Assembly (NCBI GenBank): GCA_049720475.1
Contig: JBNASH010000033.1
Location: 3,784-67,783 of the forward strand
From: Minisyncoccia bacterium
GTDB lineage: Bacteria > Patescibacteriota > Minisyncoccia > UBA6257 > JAAZHW01
Direction: 5' to 3'
Length of the DNA: 64,000 nt
Position 1 is the stretch's first letter. Each line of letters begins with the position of its first letter. This document shows, piece after piece, positions 48,624-57,537 of the stretch. Below the pieces are notes generated by a model. That model did no database searches, had not been told where the DNA came from, and saw only the letters and a list, made by a program, of their open reading frames with translations. Position numbers and translations under genes: made by a program.

Positions 48624-48656
48624 AAAAAACAAAAAGGGACTCAAATGAGTCCCTTT
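48624..48656 (-). terminator. Intrinsic terminator of cassette B
   Basis: Minus strand AAAGGGACTC-ATTT-GAGTCCCTTT followed by TTGTTTTTT. Confidence 0.75.
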
Positions 48657-48663
48657 ATAAAAA

Positions 48664-49077
48664 TTACCTTCTTTCCACATACAATCGCCCATCCGACCCT
48701 TGTCGGATGGTGAAAGTATAAGAATATCTGGAATACGAGGAATAAACCCAGAGGGCATCGCTATAAGCGAAGCCCTTTTTATCAATAATCTGAAGTGCTA
48801 CTTGAACGCCATAATAAGATCCATTCCATAATCCTCCAACCCATTTTCCGTAGGATTCCACCACCCCTTTCTCTTCCCCATCAATTAAAACATAAAAATA
48901 ATAAGGAGTGGCGTTGATTACAGTAATACGAGTCGTCTGGATGGGAAGATTGGTATCAACCGCCATCGTTATCCCCAGCGGGGTACAGCTGGAAAACAAC
49001 AGCAGAGCCGCCAACAACCCTAGCAATATCAAAACAATAAAAAATCTCCTTGCGAATTCTTCAATTAATTCTTTCAT
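48664..49077 (-). CDS. Putative lipoprotein (137 aa), cassette B gene 2
   Basis: ATG at 49077 is preceded by TTTAAAAGGAGGAAAAAA. Signal peptide with lipobox LLLFSSC. The mature part is Tyr/Gly-rich and beta-like. Confidence 0.6.
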   Translation of the reverse strand: MKELIEEFARRFFIVLILLGLLAALLLFSSCTPLGITMAVDTNLPIQTTRITVINATPYYFYVLIDGEEKGVVESYGKWVGGLWNGSYYGVQVALQIIDKKGFAYSDALWVYSSYSRYSYTFTIRQGSDGRLYVERR

Positions 49078-49103
49078 TTTTTTCCTCCTTTTAAATTTTA
49101 AAA

Positions 49104-49628
49104 TTAAAATAAAATTTCGTTTTTCCAAAAATGTCTCTGCCAACCATGGGTTGGGGGGACATTAATACCCATTCGTCTGGCCAGTTTAACAACTTCATAA
49201 TCTAAGGAAAGTAATTTTACTTTGCCTTCGCCGCCATTTTTGAGGGCAATGGCTGTCGCCACCACCCGAATATCTGCTATAGAAATGGACTTTAAATTCA
49301 TTTTTTGTGCCTCTAAAATCAAGCTGGGTACAATCCTTTTTCGATAGGATCCAGCAACCTTCCATTCGCCGGATCTAATTTTCTTTTCAATCTGTGGCCA
49401 TCGCCTTAACGCTAAAGCGATGGTTTTTTTCCACTTTTTAACCTCTCCCTTTTGCGGCTTAGTTTTTAGCCGCTTTAATTTTTCAAGATCGGCGGCATTT
49501 CGAAGTTCTTCCACTACTGCCCGCGGAACTACTATCTGAATCTCATCTTCTTTTCCCAACATTTCCACAAAAGCAAAACTTCTCAACAACATATTACTAT
49601 CAACAATCAAAAACAACCTTTCTTCCAT
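49104..49628 (-). CDS. PIN-domain protein (putative ribonuclease) with a ~60-aa basic insertion, cassette B gene 1
   Basis: Acidic quartet in the expected order: LIVDSN, VVEEL, IADIRVVATA, LLSLDYE. ATG preceded by AAATAAAAGGAGGAAGAA. Confidence 0.65.
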   Translation of the reverse strand: MEERLFLIVDSNMLLRSFAFVEMLGKEDEIQIVVPRAVVEELRNAADLEKLKRLKTKPQKGEVKKWKKTIALALRRWPQIEKKIRSGEWKVAGSYRKRIVPSLILEAQKMNLKSISIADIRVVATAIALKNGGEGKVKLLSLDYEVVKLARRMGINVPPTHGWQRHFWKNEILF

Positions 49629-49679
49629 TTCTTCCTCCTTTTATTTAATTTTTAAAGATCTCTTTTCTTTGCCGCCTAA

Positions 49680-49707
49680 ATTATAATAGATTTTAATCTT
49701 TTGTCAA
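49680..49707 (-). promoter_or_regulatory. Consensus promoter TTGACA-16-TATAAT of cassette B
   Basis: Minus-strand TTGACA 49707..49702 (overlaps the stop of the upstream rluD-like gene) and TATAAT 49685..49680. Confidence 0.65.
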
Positions 49708-50414
49708 ATGTTTGGACTGCCGCCTGTTTTTCTTAAAACAAACTCTAAATCTTGAGGTAAATCACTTTCTAAATGCAAAACTGTGCCATTGGGCGCTTTA
49801 AATTCCAAAAAATAAGCATGTAAAAATAAACGCGGGGATAAATCGTTTTTCTTCCGACCATAAATTTTATCTCCCACAATCGGATGCCCAATACTTGATA
49901 AATGAACTCTAATTTGATGGGTTCGACCGGTTTTAGGGAAAACTTTTAATAAAGAATATTTTTCGCCTTCAAACTCCCAACTATCGACCACTTCATATTC
50001 AGTAATGGCCTCTTTTAATTCCTTCATCTTCTTAGCAGCCGTCGAACGCTTAATTGAAGAGGAAACAATGCCAATGGGTTTATCAATTATTCCTTTTTTG
50101 TTTTTAAACTCGCCATAAACTAAAGCTAAATATCCTTTTTTAATTTGATGTTCTTGAAAAAGTTTTTTGAAATATTCGAAAGCTTTTTGATTTTTAGCAA
50201 CCAAAAGCAAACCGGAAGTTTCTCTGTCCAAACGATGAACAATGCCCGGCCGCGTTCTGTCCTCGCCTACATCTTTTATTTTAGGATAACGATTGAGTAA
50301 CCAATCAACCAGCGTTTTTTCATCTTTTTTTGCTGAATGCACCAAAAGGCCATTGGGTTTATTCACCACTAAAAAATCTTCATTTTCAAAAATAATTTTA
50401 ATTTTTTCCAGCAT
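49704..50414 (-). CDS. RluA/RluD-family pseudouridine synthase (no N-terminal S4 domain)
   Basis: FLVVNKPNGLLVH...GIVHRLDRETSGLLLVAKN...RTHQIRVHL. Confidence 0.85.
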   Translation of the reverse strand: MLEKIKIIFENEDFLVVNKPNGLLVHSAKKDEKTLVDWLLNRYPKIKDVGEDRTRPGIVHRLDRETSGLLLVAKNQKAFEYFKKLFQEHQIKKGYLALVYGEFKNKKGIIDKPIGIVSSSIKRSTAAKKMKELKEAITEYEVVDSWEFEGEKYSLLKVFPKTGRTHQIRVHLSSIGHPIVGDKIYGRKKNDLSPRLFLHAYFLEFKAPNGTVLHLESDLPQDLEFVLRKTGGSPNI

Positions 50415-50489
50415 TGATAATATCCTAACATCTATTGATTTTTTTGCAAATAAAAAGCGCCTTCTAAGAGGCGCCTTTGTTTTTTTAAA

Positions 50490-51038
50490 TTACAACCCAC
50501 CAAACCACTTAACAAAAAGATAGCCATTACCAAGAACAAGCAAATTATAAGCAAGATGAGAAAAAATTACACTTAGAGCTGCTGGGGCAAATTTTTGCCG
50601 ATACCCGCCATTTTTTAAAAAGAGATAAGACCAGATTAATCCTAAAACGCCTTGAATAAAAATATTAAACGACGTTGAATGTTCAAGAGCAAATCCCCAC
50701 GATAAAAAAATAATCGCAATAATCAACAATAAATTTCCCAATCTTTTATCTTTTAATTTACTAAACAATGACACGAGTAAAGATAATGGCAAAATTCGCC
50801 AAATAACTTCTTCGCCAACTGAAAAAATAATTATTGTTTTTAAATTAATAGCGGAATTTTTTAAAAACCACATCCAGAATTTCGCAAAATAAACCTGTGG
50901 GAAAAAGAAATTATCAGAAATAAACGAAAAAAAATAACAGAAAAACAGCGTATAAATAAATCCAACAAGAGTAACAATCATTACCAAAACAGCTTTTTCT
51001 ATATTATTTAATTCGGTCAGTTGATTTTTTCCAAACAT
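50490..51038 (-). CDS. CPBP-family (CAAX/Abi) intramembrane metalloprotease
   Basis: EEVIWR (EExxxR), FALEH (FxxxH) and HLAYN (HxxxN) in a 6-TM frame. ATG preceded by TTTAAAGGAGGTCAAA. Confidence 0.8.
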   Translation of the reverse strand: MFGKNQLTELNNIEKAVLVMIVTLVGFIYTLFFCYFFSFISDNFFFPQVYFAKFWMWFLKNSAINLKTIIIFSVGEEVIWRILPLSLLVSLFSKLKDKRLGNLLLIIAIIFLSWGFALEHSTSFNIFIQGVLGLIWSYLFLKNGGYRQKFAPAALSVIFSHLAYNLLVLGNGYLFVKWFGGL

Positions 51039-51121
51039 TTTGACCTCCTTTAAATTTTTAAATTGCTAATTTTATTATAAAGTGTTTAAAAAAATAAAAA
51101 AACCCACTAGCAGGTTTTAAG

Positions 51122-51193
51122 TGCGCCCTGGAGGGATCGAACCTCCGACCTTTTCGATGTCAACGAAACGCTCTACCACTGAGCTAAGGGCGC
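51122..51193 (-). tRNA. tRNA-Val (anticodon GAC), CCA not encoded
   Basis: GCGCCCT/AGGGCGC acceptor, anticodon loop TTGACAT, T-arm GGAGG-TTCGATC-CCTCC. Confidence 0.9.
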
Positions 51194-51255
51194 AATCTGA
51201 AATTTAAAGATCTTCTTTATATTAGAATAACAAAAGAAAAAATTTAGTCAATCAA

Positions 51256-51330
51256 TGGTGGACCGGATGGGAGTTGAACCCACGACCTTCCCGATGCGAA
51301 CGGGACGCTCTGCCACTGAGCTACCGGCCC
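51256..51330 (-). tRNA. tRNA-Ala (anticodon CGC), CCA encoded
   Basis: GGGCCGG acceptor with a G3:U70 pair, anticodon loop TTCGCAT, T-arm GTGGG-TTCAACT-CCCAT, A-CCA. Confidence 0.9.
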
Positions 51331-51396
51331 AGAAATTATTTTAACTAACCTTATTAATCTTAATAATTTTTCTTGTTTTTTCAATTCCTGATTTAT

Positions 51397-51424
51397 TTGA
51401 CAAAAAATAAAAAAGTTCTAAGAT
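51397..51424 (+). promoter_or_regulatory. Promoter TTGACA-16-TAAGAT
   Basis: TTGACA 51397..51402 and TAAGAT 51419..51424, about 37 nt upstream of the ATG at 51462. Confidence 0.55.
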
Positions 51425-51461
51425 TAAATTGGTTTTTTAAAAATTTTTTAGGAGGTAAAAA

Positions 51462-52463
51462 ATGAATAAAAAAAGAAATGAAAAAGTTTTTCCCCTATTG
51501 GAACCCATTCATACTATTCAACCAGATACTCTGACTGGAATCGTTTTTGGAGATGACCCTGAGATAGATGCCAGCGATTTTCCTTTAGTTTTCATCGATG
51601 CTGATGCCACTATTATGCCTATTACGCTTTTTAAGGGGTATGGAGAAATTGGTAGTGATGCTTTTGTTTCCAATTGTTTTTTATCCAAAGCAACCATAAA
51701 AGATGGAGTTAAAATTATTGATAGTAGAATTTTTACGGCGGTAATTGAAGAGGGATCAGTGGTAATCGACTCCACCATCGAAGGTTCAAAGTTTGGACCG
51801 GGCTGTTATGTTAACGGGTCTATAATTATGGAAAGCGTTTTCGGCAAAGAAGTGGTTGTTTGCGGAAATTCGCATATTAATTGCTCAAGGATTTATGATG
51901 AGGTTGTATTGGGACCACAAGTTGTTGTAGACAATGCTAAAATTGAAAATTTTTCTTATTTAGAAACCGGAGTAAAAATTATAGGACACAAGGGAAAAGA
52001 GCAAGCAATAGTAATTATTAAATCAAAGGTTTATATTGGGGCTGGTGCTTGGATTATTGGGCCGGCACTGATTGATCATAATTGTTACATTGATAACAAT
52101 GTTATACTTGATCCAGGAAAAAATTCTATTGGTATTTTTATTCCGCCATTTTCTTGGGTTCGAAAAAGCAATAATGCAGAAGGATATGAAATTTTAGAAA
52201 AGAGGGCATGCTATTTACTCGATGGGTTGTGGTATGTATCAAAAGCAGAACCGATAAAAATCAAAGAGTTGGTGGATGTAAAAAGAAAAATAAGATTATT
52301 AGAAGAAGAAGTTGCGAAAAAAAGAATAGATATCAAGGAAATATTGCAAGAACCAAATCATTTAACTCAAAATCAACCACCAGTTAGTACTCTCCTTGAA
52401 AAAAATGGATTGGAAAAATTTAGAAATTTCCTTCAATCAATCATAGAAACCCTGGTCAATTGA
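51462..52463 (+). CDS. Left-handed beta-helix (hexapeptide-repeat) protein with a C-terminal coiled-coil tail
   Basis: About 10 imperfect [LIV]-x-x-x-x-x repeats (VKIIDSRIFTAVIEEGSVVIDSTIEGSKFG...VYIGAGAWIIGPALIDHNCYIDNNVIL). ATG preceded by TTTTAGGAGGTAAAAA. Confidence 0.6.
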   Translation: MNKKRNEKVFPLLEPIHTIQPDTLTGIVFGDDPEIDASDFPLVFIDADATIMPITLFKGYGEIGSDAFVSNCFLSKATIKDGVKIIDSRIFTAVIEEGSVVIDSTIEGSKFGPGCYVNGSIIMESVFGKEVVVCGNSHINCSRIYDEVVLGPQVVVDNAKIENFSYLETGVKIIGHKGKEQAIVIIKSKVYIGAGAWIIGPALIDHNCYIDNNVILDPGKNSIGIFIPPFSWVRKSNNAEGYEILEKRACYLLDGLWYVSKAEPIKIKELVDVKRKIRLLEEEVAKKRIDIKEILQEPNHLTQNQPPVSTLLEKNGLEKFRNFLQSIIETLVN

Positions 52464-52473
52464 CCAGGGTTTT
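52450..52473 (+). terminator. Terminator formed by a 20-nt perfect palindrome that contains the stop codon
   Basis: CCCTGGTCAATTGACCAGGG followed by TTTT. The TGA of 51462..52463 is at the centre. Confidence 0.7.
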
Positions 52474-52508
52474 GACTTATTAATGGAAAATTTATAAAAT
52501 TAAAAAGT

Positions 52509-53771
52509 ATGAAAACAAATATTTTTGATGAATTAGAATGGCGCGGTCTGATTAATCAGACAACCGATGCCAATCAATTAAAAAAACGGCTAGAAAAACC
52601 GATTGTGTTATATTGTGGTTTTGATGCCACTGCTGATAGTTTGCACGTTGGCCATCTTCTGCCTTTAATAACTTTAAAACGCTTTGCTCAATTTAATCAT
52701 ACGGCTATTGCTGTTTTAGGTACTGGCACGAGTTTAATTGGCGATCCCAGCGGAAAAAAATCAGAAAGAAAATTACAAGCAGAAGAATTAATTGATGAAT
52801 GGGCAAAAAAATTAGAAAAACAATTCTTATGGTTATTAAATGAAGAGATAGAAAACAAAAAAGCGCTTGTTTTAAAAAATAAAGATTGGTTGAAAAAATT
52901 AACTATGCTTGAATTTATCCGGGATATTGGCAAGCATTTTGGCATTGGTTATATGCTGGCAAAAGAATCAATCAAAAACCGATTAGAAGTAGGTATATCT
53001 TTTACCGAATTTAGCTACATGCTTTTACAGGCCTATGATTATCTCTGGCTTTTTAGAAATTATAACTGTGAACTTCAAATTGGTGGCAGCGATCAATGGG
53101 GCAACATCACAGCAGGCATTGATTTAATTAAAAAATTGGAAAATAAAGAAGTTTTTGGTTTAACTTTGCCCTTGCTTCTTAAAGCAGATGGAACAAAATT
53201 TGGTAAAACCGAAGGAGGGGCAATCTGGCTCGATGCGCAAAAAACTTCTCCTTATCAATTCTACCAATTTCTTATTAATACTGATGATCGTGATGTGATT
53301 AATCTTTTAAAACTTTTGACATTCTTAGCCAAAGAAGAAATCGCCGAATTAGAAAATGAGGTAAAAAATCGTCCGGAACAAAGAAAAGCGCAAAAACGTT
53401 TGGCCGAAGAATTAACAAAAATGATTCATGGTGAAAAAGCTTTAGAACGCGCTCAAAAAATATCTGAAGCTTTGTTTTACAATAATTTAAAAAATCTTTC
53501 GGCTGAAGAATTAAAAGAAGGATTAAACGATGTTCCTTCTGCAATAATTAAAAGCAAAAAAGAATTAAATATTGTTGATTTTCTAATAGAAACGGGAGTT
53601 TGCCCATCCAAAAGACAAGCACGTGAAGATATAAACAATAAGGCCATTTCTTTAAATGGCGAGATTGTGAAGGATATTAATTTAATTCTTACACCCCGAA
53701 AAGCTTTGGTTGAAAATATCTTTGTTGTTCGCCGCGGCAAGAAAAATTATTATCTAATTTATTGGCAATAA
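52509..53771 (+). CDS. tyrS: Tyrosyl-tRNA synthetase
   Basis: YCGFDATADSLHVGHLLP (HIGH), GGSDQWGNI, KFGKTEGG (KMSKS), and a C-terminal S4 domain. TTGACT-17-TAAAAT ends 8 nt before the ATG. Confidence 0.95.
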   Translation: MKTNIFDELEWRGLINQTTDANQLKKRLEKPIVLYCGFDATADSLHVGHLLPLITLKRFAQFNHTAIAVLGTGTSLIGDPSGKKSERKLQAEELIDEWAKKLEKQFLWLLNEEIENKKALVLKNKDWLKKLTMLEFIRDIGKHFGIGYMLAKESIKNRLEVGISFTEFSYMLLQAYDYLWLFRNYNCELQIGGSDQWGNITAGIDLIKKLENKEVFGLTLPLLLKADGTKFGKTEGGAIWLDAQKTSPYQFYQFLINTDDRDVINLLKLLTFLAKEEIAELENEVKNRPEQRKAQKRLAEELTKMIHGEKALERAQKISEALFYNNLKNLSAEELKEGLNDVPSAIIKSKKELNIVDFLIETGVCPSKRQAREDINNKAISLNGEIVKDINLILTPRKALVENIFVVRRGKKNYYLIYWQ

Positions 53772-53816
53772 TTTAAAATTGACATTCTCTTTTTATCAAT
53801 TAATATCAATTCTGAT

Positions 53817-54296
53817 ATGACAGGGCTCATATTTAATTCGTCGGATAACAAGAAATTCAGCCTCAAAAAATTAATTGGGGAAATTTTTAGTTTCATCCAA
53901 GAAAATCCCACTGCCACTTACAAATTAGTTATTGGCACGGATTCTTTGAATGCAGCCGACCATTCAGATTTTGTCACAGCCATTATTATTTGGCGAGTTG
54001 GTAATGGCGGTCGTTATTTCTGGCGACGGATTAAAGATAAAAATTTTAAGAGTTTAAGGGAGCGTATCTATAAAGAAGTCTATCTTTCTTTGGAAATCGG
54101 CCAACAATTGTTAAAGCTTTTGGAAAAAAATAAATTTTATAATTTTGATTTAGAAATTCATGTTGATGTGGGTCAAAATGGCGAAACGCGCAATTTAATC
54201 AATGAAGTTACCGGCTTAGTAAGAGGCTGCGGTTTCTTGGTTAAAACCAAACCCGAAAGCTTTGCCGCTTCAAGCGTCGCTGATCATTGTATTTAA
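53817..54296 (+). CDS. YkuK/DUF458-like RNase H-fold protein
   Basis: YKLVIGTDSLNAADHSDFVTAIIIWRVGNGGRYFWRR...EIHVDVGQNGETR recalls the DUF458 pattern. The assignment is from memory only. Confidence 0.5.
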   Translation: MTGLIFNSSDNKKFSLKKLIGEIFSFIQENPTATYKLVIGTDSLNAADHSDFVTAIIIWRVGNGGRYFWRRIKDKNFKSLRERIYKEVYLSLEIGQQLLKLLEKNKFYNFDLEIHVDVGQNGETRNLINEVTGLVRGCGFLVKTKPESFAASSVADHCI

Positions 54297-54297
54297 A

Positions 54298-54915
54298 ATG
54301 CTTGATAAAATAGTTCTTGATTTAGAAACAAAAAATTCTTTTGCTGATGTTGGAGGAAAACAAAATCTTCACAAACTCCAAATTTCTCTCATTGGCGTTT
54401 ATTCTTATAAACGAGACGAATATCTGGCTTTTACGGAAAAAGAATTTCATCTTTTTGAAAAGTTACTTCATGAATCAGGTGTTATTGTTGGTTTTTCAAT
54501 TTATAATTTTGATTTGCCGCTAATTGAAAAACATTTTAATTATAAATTCGACGATCATATTGTTTTGGACATTTTGAAAGAAATCGAAGAAAAACGCGGG
54601 CATAAAATCAGCTTAGACGAATTGGCTCTTGCAAATATAGGACAAGGAAAAAATGGTAATGGTTTGGAGGCAATTCAATTATACAAAGAAGGCAAAATCG
54701 AAGAGCTTAAAAAATATTGCTTAAATGATGTTAAAATAACTAAAGAGTTATACGAGCTTATTTTAAAAAAAGATCATTTAATTATTCCCTCCAAATTTCA
54801 TGCGCCCGTCAAAGTGCCTTTTAATTGGTTATCATTGCATCGGGAATTAGAGAAAAAATTAGAAGAATTGGAAAAAAAGCGTTTTGCAACACCCTCTCAA
54901 AATTCTTTATTCTAA
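54298..54915 (+). CDS. DEDD-type 3-prime-5-prime exonuclease-like protein (RNase H superfamily, YprB-like)
   Basis: IVLDLETKN (Exo I), GFSIYNFDLPLI (Exo II), CLNDVKITKELY (Exo III). The ATG is 1 nt after the upstream stop. Confidence 0.6.
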   Translation: MLDKIVLDLETKNSFADVGGKQNLHKLQISLIGVYSYKRDEYLAFTEKEFHLFEKLLHESGVIVGFSIYNFDLPLIEKHFNYKFDDHIVLDILKEIEEKRGHKISLDELALANIGQGKNGNGLEAIQLYKEGKIEELKKYCLNDVKITKELYELILKKDHLIIPSKFHAPVKVPFNWLSLHRELEKKLEELEKKRFATPSQNSLF

Positions 54916-54946
54916 AACCAACCGCCGAAAGGCGGTTGGTTTTTTA
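54914..54946. terminator. Bidirectional intrinsic terminator
   Basis: AAACCAACCGCC-GAAA-GGCGGTTGGTTTTTT. Confidence 0.8.
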
Positions 54947-54947
54947 G

Positions 54948-55020
54948 TGGACCTGAGGGGACTCGAACCCCTGACCTCCTCGATGCCATCGAGGCGCTCT
55001 ACCAACTAAGCTACAGGCCC
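54948..55020 (-). tRNA. tRNA-Ala (anticodon GGC), CCA not encoded
   Basis: GGGCCTG acceptor with G3:U70, anticodon loop ATGGCAT, T-arm AGGGG-TTCGAGT-CCCCT. Confidence 0.9.
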
Positions 55021-55071
55021 TTAAATTTTTAACGTTTTTTATTTTACTTCTTTTTCAAAATTTTTCAACTT

Positions 55072-56388
55072 TTAAAGTGAAGACGCGATATAACGCTTGG
55101 GCAATAATTTTTCATCCATTGGAAGCGTAAAATAGAAAGTGGAACCGCGATTCTCAATTGATTCAGCCCAAATTTTTCCTCCGTGCGCTTCAACAATATT
55201 CTTAGTGATGTAAAGACCAAGTCCTGTTCCTTCGGTTTCATATTTTAATACATTGGTAGCACGGAAAAATTTATTAAATAATTTGGGAATTTCATCTTTA
55301 GGAATGCCGATACCAGTGTCTGTAACGGAAACCTCAACATAAGGCGGCTTTTTTTCGATTTTGATAATAATTTGCCCATTTTCAACATTGTAACGCAAAG
55401 CGTTTTCAATAAGATTTTGAATAACGATTTTTATTCGCATTGGATCAAATTTGAAAGGATCCAAACCATCAGCTGGCGGCTGAAAATAAATTTTAATTCC
55501 ATGTCTTTCAGCTAAAGAAACATACCCTTCTATGACTTTATGGATTAGAGCAATTAAATCACTTTGCACAAATTCATAACCAAATTTACCTGCTTCAATA
55601 TTAGCCGTATCAAGCAAATCATTAGCCAATTTCAAAACTTTATCCGTTGCTTCCAATGTTCTCTTTAATAAATCCCTCTGGGTTTCAGTCAAATTTTTAT
55701 TATCTTCACCCAGCAAAGTCTCCAAACTCCAGCGAATACCCGATAAAGGCGTTCGCATCTGATGGGCTGCTACCGTCAAAAATTCTGATTTGGTCTTTAA
55801 AATTTCCTCTTCTCTTGTCCTGTCCTTAATAACTTTAAAAAATCCCAAAATTTTTCCTTTTTGATCCAAAACTCGAATAGTGGTTACAACTAATTCTATA
55901 AATGGATCAGTAATTGAAATTTCCATTATATTGGGGAAAACAGCTGGATCGCTTTTCCAAGTCATCGTTGGTGCTAAACTGGGAAAAAGAACCTGGGCCA
56001 ACAATTTGGTTTTTGAATTTTTAGCCCACTCAGGAGTAACAATCTGACCTACAATGTCAATCGCTTTTAAACCAAAAAGTTCTTCAGCAGCGCTATTAAA
56101 AACAGTGATTCTAAAATCGCTGTCATAAGCAATAATTGCTTCGGTAAAATTAGCAATTATTGTTTTAATTTGATTGCGTTCGGCCAAAAGCTCGTAGTGT
56201 CTAATTGTATTGCGTAAAGTTAAAAAGAAGCTGATTAGCAAAAAAACTATTATGACTACAAGACCAATTGTTTCCCAAATCCCTTCGCCAAAATACAAAA
56301 TAATGCCTAGTAAAAATAGCATCACAACCAACATCATCCAAAACAAAATCATTTCTGGTAATGACAAATAGGCTAAAATTTTCTTCAT
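55072..56388 (-). CDS. Sensor histidine kinase (2 TM, PAS, HisKA, HATPase_c)
   Basis: H-box AAHQMRTPLSGI, N-box NLIENALRY, DTGIGIP, GTGLGLYITKNIVEAHGG. A TATAAT lies 7 nt upstream of the ATG. Confidence 0.9.
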   Translation of the reverse strand: MKKILAYLSLPEMILFWMMLVVMLFLLGIILYFGEGIWETIGLVVIIVFLLISFFLTLRNTIRHYELLAERNQIKTIIANFTEAIIAYDSDFRITVFNSAAEELFGLKAIDIVGQIVTPEWAKNSKTKLLAQVLFPSLAPTMTWKSDPAVFPNIMEISITDPFIELVVTTIRVLDQKGKILGFFKVIKDRTREEEILKTKSEFLTVAAHQMRTPLSGIRWSLETLLGEDNKNLTETQRDLLKRTLEATDKVLKLANDLLDTANIEAGKFGYEFVQSDLIALIHKVIEGYVSLAERHGIKIYFQPPADGLDPFKFDPMRIKIVIQNLIENALRYNVENGQIIIKIEKKPPYVEVSVTDTGIGIPKDEIPKLFNKFFRATNVLKYETEGTGLGLYITKNIVEAHGGKIWAESIENRGSTFYFTLPMDEKLLPKRYIASSL

Positions 56389-56454
56389 CTTTTTAATTAT
56401 ATAAAAAACTTAAAAAAATAAAAACCCCCAAAGGCTTAGGGGGTTTATTTTGAT

Positions 56455-56700
56455 TTATTTTAGAAGTCCTTTTTCCTTTAAAATTCTTTCTAATTCTGCC
56501 CTATTAAAGCCAACAATGATTTCTCCATCAATATCAATAACTGGCACACCCATTTGACCACTTTTTTCAATCATTTCTTGCGCTGCTGCTTCATCTTGAG
56601 AAACATCAACATCTTCAAACTCAACATTCATCGCTTTTAAAAATTCTTTGGCTAAATGACAATAAGGGCAGGTTGGGGTTGAATAAATTTTAATTTGCAT
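56455..56700 (-). CDS. Glutaredoxin-like protein (NrdH/YruB type)
   Basis: IKIYSTPTCPYCHLAKEFL...GVPVIDIDGEIIVGFN. I preferred the ATG at 56700 to 56712. Confidence 0.85.
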   Translation of the reverse strand: MQIKIYSTPTCPYCHLAKEFLKAMNVEFEDVDVSQDEAAAQEMIEKSGQMGVPVIDIDGEIIVGFNRAELERILKEKGLLK

Positions 56701-56701
56701 A

Positions 56702-57478
56702 TTATCGCGCATAAGTATCTAAAATCGACTTCACAACAGTGTAGGGCTGGGCTCCGATTAGTAATGTTGCATTGCCCAGATCAGCCGAAGGACTAGAACC
56801 CTCAAAAGCTGCCTTAATTTTTTGAACATCAATATCTAAAGGCAAGTTTTTGGTAGGTGTAATAATCAATGAGGGTGTTCCAATAATTCCCAATTTAAAA
56901 GCTAGATCAAGAGATTGTTGAACTCGCGCTGCATATTTATTTGAATTCAAACAATCAGAAAAATTCGCAGGGTCTAGTTTTAATTCCTTGGCATAATTTA
57001 TTAACGAATCAATTTTTAAACCATCCGCACTTTCAGCTGAAGCAAATATTTTGTCATGCATTTCCCAAAATTTATTTTGGTCTTTGGCGCACCAAACTGC
57101 TTCTGAAGCCTTTTGAGCAAACTCGTGGAAGGGCAATGGCGTATCAACAAAGACAATTTTGGCTAATCCTGTATCAACATAATCTTTAACTAAATCAAGA
57201 TGACTTAATAAATAAAAACGGCGGCAATAAGGACACTGATAATCCGCAAATTCAAAAATAGTTATTGGCGCATTCTCTTTACCTAAAACAACATCATCGG
57301 AAGCAATATTTAACTTTAAAATATTGCCCGACGATTGTTGTTCTGTTTCTTGCGTTTTTTGGGAAACATTTAATCCCTTACTATAAATAAAAGCGCCACC
57401 AATAATCAAAGCTGCCAAAACAATAGAAATTGGCAATAAATAATCTTTTTTCTTAGGAGTTTGATTTTGTGTTTCCAT
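56702..57478 (-). CDS. DsbA-like thiol:disulfide oxidoreductase, membrane-anchored
   Basis: N-terminal TM, EFADYQCPYCRRF (CxxC), and GTPSLII. Confidence 0.85.
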   Translation of the reverse strand: METQNQTPKKKDYLLPISIVLAALIIGGAFIYSKGLNVSQKTQETEQQSSGNILKLNIASDDVVLGKENAPITIFEFADYQCPYCRRFYLLSHLDLVKDYVDTGLAKIVFVDTPLPFHEFAQKASEAVWCAKDQNKFWEMHDKIFASAESADGLKIDSLINYAKELKLDPANFSDCLNSNKYAARVQQSLDLAFKLGIIGTPSLIITPTKNLPLDIDVQKIKAAFEGSSPSADLGNATLLIGAQPYTVVKSILDTYAR

Positions 57479-57537
57479 AATTGTAAATTTTATTTTGACC
57501 TTTCTAAAATCTTAAACAACTTTTAATTTTATGCAAG

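Noticed and set aside
48597-48785. 62-aa minus-strand ORF overlapping the end of the lipoprotein gene
   Set aside because: It runs through the cassette B terminator hairpin, has no SD or promoter, and overlaps a better-supported ORF.
18303-55020. Mixed CCA encoding among tRNAs (Ser-CGA and Ala-CGC encode CCA; Lys, Val and Ala-GGC do not)
   Set aside because: This is real but ordinary, since many bacteria mix both states. Noted only for completeness.
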